Of a DNA stretch of 64,000 nt, positions 24,463 to 34,623 are shown one piece after another. Each line of letters begins with the position of its first letter. Position 1 is the first letter of the stretch. Below the pieces are notes generated by a model, which saw only the letters and a program-made list of their open reading frames with translations, did not search any database and was not told where the DNA came from. The stretch is from contig OZ316775.1 in the NCBI GenBank assembly GCA_973851085.1, positions 22,072,001 to 22,136,000 on the forward strand, in the 5' to 3' direction. Source of the DNA: Ptychomitrium polyphyllum (taxonomy: Eukaryota). The position numbers were made by a program, and so were the translations under genes.

Positions 24463-24606
24463 TTCTTTGTATTACTAACTTAAAATTTGATCTCTATTTT
24501 TTCGAATTTTGAATTAAACGTTAATCAAAAACATTTCTTTGTATTACTAACTTAAAATTTGATCTCTATTTTTTCGAATTTTGAATTAAACGTTAATCAA
24601 AAACAT
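24463..24606. repeat. Perfect 72-bp tandem duplication
   Basis: TTCTTTGTATTACTAACTTAAAATTTGATCTC...TTAATCAAAAACAT starts at 24463 and again at 24535. Confidence 0.9.
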
Positions 24607-26690
24607 TGTATTGTTTGTTACTCTAGCTTTTATTTTTTACCAAAAATTTGGATCCAAGGAAGCTTTTGATTAAATGTTATGAAAGTTTTTACATTATGTG
24701 CTAAAGTTTTCAACTTTTTGTCCTCTTTAGTTTATCAAATTTGGTACAATAAAACTTCATATATGGATTTGTTTACATACAAATTTTATATGCAAACTAT
24801 CAAAATGGTTATAAAAAGTATTAGATTTACTCATGTACATATCCATAAATAATAAGTAGAAATAATATTTTATCCAACAAGATTTTTTATCAGTTTTCTA
24901 AAAAGGAACATGTATTACTTGGAAATATATAATAAAAATAAAATGATAAGTTTTGATTTATTATATTTTATGTCCTTTATGGTGAATATTTAGCCATGTT
25001 TTCAAAAAGATGCCAATTATATGAATAAGAAAATTGCAATATGAAAATATCTTCTTGAAAAAATAATATGCATATATAACAAACAAACATGGTTAATTAT
25101 CTATATTGGAAACTATGTATTGGTATAAATCAACATATTCATGAGTTTTTAAATATTACCATAATATTGAAGATAAATGCATATCAATCAATTAATCAAT
25201 TATAAAATTGCATACTTCTAAATTAAATCATTAAATATGATTGTCCTAGATTTTCTTTAAAATACCCACAATGTAAATTAAAATATCATATTGTGTTGCA
25301 AAAGACATGATTGCTTTTGATTATCTTTTTATAAGTGAAATTTTATGTTTATTAATGAGTTTAAAGATATACTATAGTAAAATATTAACTACATAGAAAT
25401 ATAACAAATGTTAGCTTGGAAAAAAGAAAATAGAAGCATCCAATTGTATTGATATCAATCAAAGTGATTTTTGATGTAATTTCACTAATAATTTTTCAAA
25501 TTATAGTTCTTTTTTAATATGGTTCTTTGTTTTATTCTTGGAATTTTATGTATTTTGTATTGTAACTTATTTAAGTTTGATTTATATTCAAATTTTTATA
25601 TAATATAATTTACTTTTAAAATTTAAAATATCTTATCAAGGTAATTTTAGGTAATTTTTTTAAATTATATTTATTGTACATTGTAATTTTAGTGCATAAT
25701 GATTCTTTTAAATCAAGATTTGATTCATTGATGATATAGTTTTATATTTTCAGCTGTTAATCTATTTTGCAATTATACCATGGTTGCAATTATTCTTTAA
25801 ATTACTGTTATGTAATCAATTCTAATTTGCTTAAATCAAGATTAGAATTAATTTTTTTTCAAATTAAGTATAATTTTATGCATTTCAAATTAAGATGAAT
25901 AAATGAATTAAAATATATATTTTTTATTTCCAAAGAATATAAAAGACCTTATATTCTATTGTATTATGGATTGTGATCCTTCTATTTGAATTTGCACTTA
26001 AATTTTGGTCCCCTTACCACTTATAATCCCTTTATTTGTTAGGAGATATTACACCTATAATATTATCATCCTTCATGCAAAGCAAGTAATATTTATTTCT
26101 TTACTCTTCAACCTAGGCTTTAAAGAACCTCTTACATCTTCTCTTGTCACCTACAAGAAAAGATATTTCTACCATATTTAAAAACTTGAGCAATATGGCT
26201 GTTGATTTTTTCAAATTCTTCCATAAGACTTTATACCTCCTCCCTTTGTCCACAAAAAAGGCAATTTAAAAATGGATGGTAAAAAATCAACCTACCTATT
26301 TACAGAACAATAAATATTACAAAAAAAGCTTTTTTGATTAACTATCATTAAGACTACCCTCAAAGTGACAACCCAAAAGCAGGTCCATAGGAAGCCTTTC
26401 TCACCTCAGGTATTAGAATGTTCTTTCCAAGTTCTCTCCAAGGACTATCCCTCACCTAAAATATCCATGTCTTGGGCCAAAAGCTTTTGCTTCTCGCATA
26501 CACGGTGTTCCTGTCCCTTGACTTCAGCACCACCACCTTCACAACCAAGGAATGAGCTTTTCATGAGCCAGGGCCACAATTTTCATGGATCCTACAAACT
26601 GTACCGTAAGAGTGCTCAAGCAAGAAATGCTGCACGAATGGAAAGCAGAGCAATAGAGAACTGGTGCAGCTGCGGCACTTGTAAAACTCG

Positions 26691-26885
26691 AAAGAAAGCA
26701 AGCAAGAAAGAATGAAAGCAAGAAAGAAAGAAAGAATGAAAGAAAGAAAGAAAGAATGAAAGAAAGAATGAAAGAAAGAAAGAATGAAAGAAAGAAGGAA
26801 AGAAAGAAAGAAAGAATGAAAGCAAGAAAGAATGAAAGCAAGCAAGCAAGAAAGAAAGCAAGAAAGAATGAAAGCAAGCAGGCAG
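26691..26885. repeat. Compound purine microsatellite (AAAG/AATG/AAGC)n
   Basis: About 195 bp of GAAAGAAAGAATGAAAGCAAG-type units. Confidence 0.95.
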
Positions 26886-27128
26886 GTCGGAATGTGCTGC
26901 GGATATGCGTAGTGCCATCCGGACTCCTCGGCTTTTGGGGATCGTCGCTGTGGAACTTCGGCCCTATTCCCGAGGCCTGCCTGCCCGCTGGGCCTCACAA
27001 CCGCTTCGCTTTCTCGCCTGCCCGGAATACTATTGTCGGAGTCAAAAAAACTCCTGTACTGCCCGAGTGAAAACAACTGCGTGTCTCTTTTGATGGACCT
27101 CGAGAAGCGTTGCTGGCATGTACATGTA

Positions 27129-28256
27129 CAGTGGCAAGCAAAAGTTGTGGGACATCAATCCAACAACTGATGCGTTATTGATGTTGAGAATTAGCTGAAT
27201 GTTTCACAAAATTTATAGTATAGATGGGTCTTTTGCTTCATGAAAACCAATGTAAAGGAATGAAGTGTAGAAAATAAATAAATAAATAAATAAATGTTAT
27301 TTATAGGAGGTGCAAGTAGTGCCCTATCACTTTTGCTTAAATTTGAATTGTTTTACATGGAAATTTTTAAATTATATATAGTCATAGTAGAAGAAGTGAA
27401 ATCAAACATACTACTTCAAAAGACACCTACTAATGTGTATAGCCTCTTCCTTTGTTGTAAAAACATCATTTGTTCTTTGTATCATTGACTTAAATAATTT
27501 CCTCATTATTTCTATGGCAATGTTCCATCATACATGCTAACCAAGTCTTTTAAAATCCCTCCTAATTGTATCATCATTCATTTGCAATCCAATAGCTCAC
27601 AATTCTTGTTCCACATACATTGTTGTTCCAATACTTGGTGAATTTGACTTCCTTACTATCACATGAATCAAGAATTCTAGAACAACCACATCTAGGCTTG
27701 TCCTATACATCACCTATCTATTTAAATCTCTATACAATGCTTTGGCATGTGCTCTTTAGAATGTCCAAAGTAGCTCCAATTTTTCTATAAAAGAAACTTT
27801 ATTGATACAAAACAATTGTTTGTGAATGTTAGAATAGTTGTTTGTAAATGTTGATTCAAAGTTGACTTTGCCATAATTAATGAAACTCATATCTCATCAT
27901 CTTTCAAAAGCCTTCAATTTTCAACATAACAAAACTCACATCAATAAGAAACCATGTTGTGAAGTTGAGGGACTCTAGATGAGCATAAGTAGTTGGCCAC
28001 TATAACCATTGTTCATCAAATTATTTTTTTCATATGTGTCGTAATTTGGTGTGAGTTCTTCGGTATATTGCAAGTACTGTCCTATTGATTGAGGACTATC
28101 CAAGATAGAAAATATATTGATAGTCCTCAATCAATCCTCCATCTTTGATAGTCTTCAATCAATCCTCCTTCTTTGATAGTCCTCAATCAATTGATGCTTG
28201 TTTATTTCTAGTTTCAATATTTGAATCTAATATCCCACAAATTTTGCTTGCCACTA
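27129..28256 (-). mobile_element. Tc1-like (Tc1/mariner) DNA transposon, internally deleted and degenerate, 1128 bp
   Basis: 26-bp TIRs CAGTGGCAAGCAAAAGTTGTGGGACA (27129-27154) and TATCCCACAAATTTTGCTTGCCACTA (28231-28256, 3 mismatches), each flanked by TA (27127-28, 28257-58). A minus-strand transposase HTH relic reads KIGATLDILKSTCQSIV*RFK*IGDV*DKPRCGCSRIL and EQEL*AIGLQMNDDTIRRDFKRLG (~27540-27785). No DDE core is recognisable. Confidence 0.88.
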
Positions 28257-28972
28257 TAGTTAATATACAAACTAAATAGTTTGGAGAGTAACAGAATCTC
28301 AAATGTTTTAGGAGAAGTTCAAAATTGAATGGTATTATAAGGATTAAAGCCTCCTCAAAGGATATGAGGCTCCTCAAAGGCGGCCGTCCATTATGAAGTT
28401 TATGACTCCATTCTAGAGTGAAATGGAGGGCCACCTTAGCACTGGTTCTTAAGATGTACAGTAATGCCTCGAAAGTGACAGAGCGGCCTCCAAAGAGGGG
28501 CAGCAGCCATGAGAACCAAGGTGGACTTGGGCAGAGGATGAGCCATGGAACCCACAGGGCAGATATAGCCTTCTTAATCGGATCTATATATGTGCTGCGG
28601 ATCGATGAAAGAAGGCCGAGTAAACGCGGTTGCACACTCAGCCATATAGAGTTCTCGTGATCTAGCGAAAGAAAGGACCTATCCTTGCGCTTTCAGTCGG
28701 CATGTGTCGATCCATGCTGACGGTGGCGTGAGTGTCTCGTTGGTTTCTGTGGACGGGTTCCACCCAGCCTAGTTATGCCCCACAACGATGGTACTCAAAG
28801 CTCGTTGTGAGTCTGTCCGCACTCAGTGATCATAACGATTGTGTTTTGCTCGCTCTCTCGAGCGAGCGAGCGAAACCTGATCAGCTCACGGTGTCCCACC
28901 TCTGTGATCTGGTGTGGAGCATGCATTGGAGGTTGTTCCCTGTGTGAGGTATCGATTGATGAATTCTTGAGC

Positions 28973-29096
28973 GTATCCATGCCGCAGTCAATAAAAGGGA
29001 TCCATCTTGTTGTATGGCGGAGCTCACCATCTAGATGATGCGGTTCCTGCAGATTATCCACGACGTGGTTCCTTTTATTGATTGTGGTATGGATGC
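28973..29096 (+). ncRNA. MIRNA-type hairpin precursor; candidate mature UUCCUUUUAUUGAUUGUGGUA (29069-29089), star 28982-29002; resembles moss miR1052 as recalled from memory
   Basis: 28973-29002 pairs with 29067-29096 over 30 contiguous positions (Watson-Crick plus G:U). The G:U pairs work only on the + strand. A 21/21-nt duplex with 2-nt 3' overhangs and a 5' U can be drawn. A TATA-like TATATAT lies at ~28585. The family name needs miRBase confirmation. Confidence 0.8.
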
Positions 29097-30550
29097 AATT
29101 GAGCGCCATGGTGTGTATACCAGTGCAGTGCATTTTGGTCCCCATTTGGCAACTCAAGGAAGTGCTTTGGTTGAGGTAAATAGCATTTGTTTTTCAGGGG
29201 TCATTGCATTTGTGGCTCAGCTGAACTTTCATTTCATCAGTTTCCAGTGTGTGGATGTTGTGGCCATTCATTTGAGAAATTCATCATTTAGAGTAGACTA
29301 ACCAGTAGATTTCCTTGGTTTTGGATTGTCCCACTTGCTATTTTTGTGTAGCTTGGTGCAACGCTGGAGTTGATTGACAATCCGTTGAAGGCATTTTTCA
29401 GGAGGGAGCGGTACAACTGGTGGATCACTGAGGTGGAACTGGTGAACAGTGCGGTTCAACTAGGGAATGCTGCGGTGCAACTGGTGGTTCACTTTTGGAG
29501 TGAACAAGGTACTCATACTGTGGTCTCGATTCCAACTGTAGCCCCTTCATTTGGAACTCTCCTGCTGCGGATCATATCTGCGTACGGTAATAGAGTTGCA
29601 AGCTTCTGCTAAATAGACACTTGTTCTCAATGCCACGATTGGGCTTGTACCCGGCTTGAACCTATCCTTTGCATGCAACAATGTGGATATTACCTGCTAC
29701 AATGTGGACATCACCTGCCCATATTAGATTTTTTTACCTGCCGCAATGTATTGTTTGCTAAGTTAGGTCGATCATTTTGAATCGGTAGCGTCGGTCATTG
29801 TTGATTAGGATTTAGGATTAGGAAGATATTGGGAAATAGCTAATGTCCACATCAGATTTTCTTAAGAGCATTTGAACCTTCAAGTTTCCTCCAAATGGCG
29901 AGACGTTCTTGAATTCGTCTTGTCACCGAATTTTGATCTCTGATCCCTGTTTTGCAACCCGATGCTTCCGCCCGTAATGCCCTTTTTCAAGTGATGAGGA
30001 GTATTCCCAGTGGTTCTTTGACGCAGAAGGCAGAGATCGTGTTGTGATATAAATTGGTTAGGAAACTGAAACGACCTCATGCGAAGCTCATGTCAATTTC
30101 AAGTTCTAAGTAATCAAGTATTGCTACAGTTGGTTTTCATCAACACAGCTACCCTGGCAATGGTCAAAGCAACATGAGCAAGCTGAACATGGAGTTGAAA
30201 AGTGTCAGAGTGGATGCGAATTGTTCCACAACATCTAAGATATTGTTCAGGTAAGGTGAGACTTAATCATTTAAAAAATATGAACTGAAGTAACATTACA
30301 CTTTCAACGTCATCACATATAATATTGAAAGTTCTAACTTTTTGGGGCCTCTAAGCCCCTTCACTGTAAAAGAATCATAAAATATGGAGTTTGAAGTGCT
30401 AAATTTTTGCCTTGTTTGTTGTGGAGGAAAGAAAGAAGTAAAGACAACCTGGAAACTAAATTGAGATTACTTGGGCAGTAAATGGTTAGTATGTGCTTCT
30501 TGAGCTGTAAATGATTAACGCGAGCGCTCATGTAGCTGTAGCAAACAGCT

Positions 30551-33500
30551 TCATGCTTGTTGTTGTAGTTGTTCCTGCATCAATAGGAACAGAAGCAGTT
30601 TCATATATGGGTTCAACAAAGGGCAAGAAAATTCATGATTTTGAGAGGCGTACTAAACATAAATGCCAACTCTATTATTGTAAGCGGAATGTTACAAACC
30701 TGAGTGACAAAATGCGCATGAAACCCACTAGGCACCCGCCCAGGCAGCTTCACCACCGCCACTGGCTCTGGTCCCATTGTTTTTGCATCAATAATAACTG
30801 CTTCCGATTTTCTGAACACATGTCGTCCGTTGCTACACTTTGTTAAGTACTATGTGATGATCACTAGTTCTTGAATATTCCTGAAATCTGTAATTTAATG
30901 TTGCTAATTGAGTCGAGCAGTTACTAGTTGAGTTCATTGAATGATATACACACAAATATAAGGATTATGTATATGTCAATTCTGTTCAGAAGTAGCTGGC
31001 CATACCGTGTGTTTTCGTTGTACACAAACGTGATGAGATAGCCATCGTCTTCAGCGACTATGTTCATGCCTGGTTGGCGAGGAACGAAGACTGTATCCCC
31101 TCCAGAACAGCCTGGGCCGTGCATAAACTGTCCAGCAAGGTTGCCTCCTGTTTGGAGATCTAGTGAATTAGCACTCTCACTTGGCGATGAACTTGGCTCC
31201 ATGCTGAAGTCGAACTTGCCCACTCCAGTGAATTGGCCATCCCCAGTATGACAGTAAGCATACCGCACCTTCCTGCACGGTTTTAAGCCATGGCCAACCA
31301 CACAAAGCCCTTCTCTCAGCTGAGATTAACGAAAAGCCATAACCTGCACGGTTTTCTACAGAAAATTTCTTGGCTGGGCTTAATAAAATTACTAATTCAA
31401 GCTGAGAAGTTTTAGAATCTGGAGTGGTGATTGGTCACTAAAATTGGTTATACTTGCAGATCTAGTGATCCATGATACTCACCTGCCTGTGTACTCCGTA
31501 TTGATCCTGGGAAATTCTGCAGATAGCTGGGAAAGTTGTCTATGCTTGACATCACCAGTTCCCAAGTTCAATCGATACTCGCATCTGCAACTCGAATATT
31601 AGAGATTCAATTTTTTGGTTAGATAAGAACTTTAAGATTTCAAATCGTATACATAACTCTCTTGACATAAACAGCATTAGTATTAATTCTATACGTCATC
31701 GACTATTTCAACAGACCAGACAGGGGAGGACTGGTTGATGCGTACAATTTAGGCGCTAGTGATGATAGGGAGGCCAAATCTTCTAGATCGAAGCCGTTTA
31801 CTCGGCAGCAGGTCAGAACAACCTCGTCCCCCTCCTCCCATGCAGTCACTTCACATAAATAACAAGCTCATTAATTTCACAAGGTAATCACAAAGTCTAC
31901 ATACATCAAGTGGTATATTAGATCATGGCATATCGTAAATTTCTTCCGTCCTATACATATTTGGCTGAACTTACGAGTGTGAAAGATGTAACATGTAGGA
32001 ATCGTGAACCAGCGGATTTCCGAGTCGTTGGTTGCATATCGAGGCAGCACGCCCAGTCGGGATTCCTTTTTGGCGTCAAACTTGAGACCGAATCCTCCTT
32101 TCGCCATACCCTAAAATTTAATGCTTTTCTCACTTGGTTAGAGTTGAAGTTAAATGGTACAGAAAAAACATTTCTACGGTAATGCCTCTGAAAACTAAAC
32201 TGTAATGGGCTTATTAACTTTACAATCAAAAGAAGTCAGTGCTCCTTAATTAGCCTGGCAATTAGTGCACTGTACCAAGAAATCAAGACCGAGGGGAAGG
32301 TCCATGAAAATGGCATAATTCTGAGTGATGGCGAAGTCGTGGACTATAGCGGAGTAAGGCGTGGTAATTGGCACTGGCTCCTGAAGAATGCCCTCCTTTG
32401 ATACAATATGATAGATGAGTCCTGGAGCGCTCAGCAGGGCTGGCGGGCCGTACGCAATCGAAAACATCTCCCCTTCAGGACAATTCAGCCTTATAAGCGG
32501 ATCAGTGCTAGTAACAAATGAAACAAATTTTTGTTTACTGTACAATTGGAGTTTTTATTTCATTACAAGACACCGTTCTTGAGCAAGGAAGCGGGACAGA
32601 ATACGTCATAATGAAATGTAAATTAACTGTGCTAACCTGTGACAGGGTCTATCTTAGGGTGGGCTGAAAATGAGTGTTGCAATTTTTGCTCGAAGTCTTC
32701 AATACCCACTGTTTGCAGGTCCCCGTCTTCCAACACCTTAATGATATCTGCAACAACCATGCAACTTAAGCACTATGACTATAACTGCCACGGACAATGG
32801 ATCATATATTTTCCTCTAATTCTCGTGTATAATCCAAGTAATAGGTTTATTCAGAATTGTTGCATTGGAAGTTGTATCTCCGAAAACCTACAAAAATTAT
32901 TGTCCGACACAGTACATAAGCATTCAAAAGGCGGTCAGATGCTAGGAAGCTCATGCCCGAGCTCAGGCTTAGTGAGTTCCAACGAAAATATGGCGAGCAC
33001 TTACTATCAAGTATAAACTGTCCTACTTCGCTATAATTAAGGAAGTCTGAGGGCGATTTAGCGCAGAATGAAGAACTCACATGGTTTATCTGTCTCTTGT
33101 AGTGCAAGAAGTTTCTTGTTGTGAAAAACAAGAGCCGTGTTGGCTGCAACAGCAATATCAGATGATTTACAGTATGTGTATTGCGAATCAAGCTATGAAT
33201 CCTTGTCGATGATTTATGTTAATTCGAACAAAATTCAAATGTACTGGGAAACTCACTAAATTACAATTTTGTTATCGTCAGCATTAACGTCCCCAAAGAG
33301 AGGTACAAATATATTCGTACCGTTACCCTCGGAACCATTATGCAGGACGCCCAAGATCTTCCGAAGGACGTGCAGTACAATGCAAGAAAACCCCTTCATG
33401 CCCTTCAGGTCTCCCACCTGCTCCAACGACGCCAAAACAACAAGGTTAGTAATGTTATTGCCAGGATAGCTTACGTTAATTTATAGGCTCAAGGGCTTTT

Positions 33501-34623
33501 GTAAAGATGGAACAGAGAGTCACAATGTTAATTAGCACCTTAAGAAATTTGGGCCCTCCGTAGTGCTCTTCCTGTTGCAACCGAGATGTTTGAACATAAC
33601 GCGCTACATAGGTGGCCTTGCCATTCTTCAATTGTAAACCATGAATCATTCTGGACAGGAAGAATGGACAACGATCACATAATTTAACCCAATTAAATCA
33701 AATGAGCCATGATTTTACAGAGATTCAGTTTTTTTTGTGCATACAGTGCAGTATTTTATAGCAAAGTCGACATTTTCATTAAAGATCATTTTGTTGCGTG
33801 TAGCGTGTGCATCAGAATCGATTCATGGTTGAACATATTACTGTAAGAAGGCCGCGGCTTACCCATCCCCATCAAACCTGAAAATAACAGACAAACAACG
33901 TATTCAGATCCACATTAAACTGAGCAATATTTCTGGTGCCCATATGGTTGAAATAATTCTTCCTAAATTAGATCAATCAGGCAATCTCACATCACACGAT
34001 GTAGCAAAGAATTGTCATTACCAGTGATATCCACCGAGTGGCATGTATCTTGGATTCGGACCAACACGCATAAATTCGCCATTCATGCAATCCTACCATA
34101 GACAAGGTTTAATCAGGGACTCCAAAAATGCATACCGCCGGCTATGTATTCCAATAATAAAATACTTCTTCTACAAAAACTTATTATGCATACATACAGG
34201 AATGGTGCCGGTGACATGGAGGTCCTGGACAGTCGTCGGGGCCATCTCCGGCACAGGCTTATAATTGTTGGACAAATAGTCGTTTATTTCCTCCTCGGAA
34301 GGCGATCGCGAATCGTTTTGAGTGTTCGGCTTGGAGGTGTATATCATCGTTTCGAGATGATCACACAAAGAAACTGCCCACTTGGGCGCAGCTGCACAGT
34401 GAATCATTCGGGATCTGGCTGCTGGATCTGGCCAGTGGCTGGCAGCTGTAGCAAACTTGGAATACGAATTCTGTTGCAACAGGCTCAGGCGACGTGTGGG
34501 TATCAGTGAGCCAGTTGCAAGAGGCAACTGCGCAGATGCACTAACGTCTGGCGTCCATGTTGATCGATGTTCTGATGCTAGGAGTGAAGGTCCAATCATC
34601 GCTTTGAATAGTATCTCCGCCAT
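30551..34623 (-). CDS. Carotenoid cleavage dioxygenase, CCD1-like (RPE65 family), 14 exons, ~611 aa, with N-terminal transit-peptide-like extension
   Basis: Minus-strand exons 34623-34198, 34092-34022, 33877-33863, 33650-33539, 33417-33321, 33143-33081, 32747-32637, 32472-32276, 32110-31975, 31848-31746, 31584-31483, 31272-31006, 30811-30700, 30574-30551 (1836 nt). Motifs: [72 protein letters not shown]. All four Fe-binding His are present. Confidence 0.93.

Noticed and set aside
26539..27076. Phe/Leu/Ser-rich and Lys/Glu/Arg-rich ORFs
   Set aside because: Translations of the (AAAG)n microsatellite.
26886..27110. GC-rich block as a structured RNA gene (RNase MRP, SRP, telomerase RNA)
   Set aside because: No diagnostic conserved motifs or telomere template found by eye. 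An Infernal/Rfam scan would be needed to exclude it fully.
28795..29301. Overlapping ORFs sharing the peptide PFIDCGMD on both strands
   Set aside because: An artefact of the inverted repeat that forms the miRNA hairpin.
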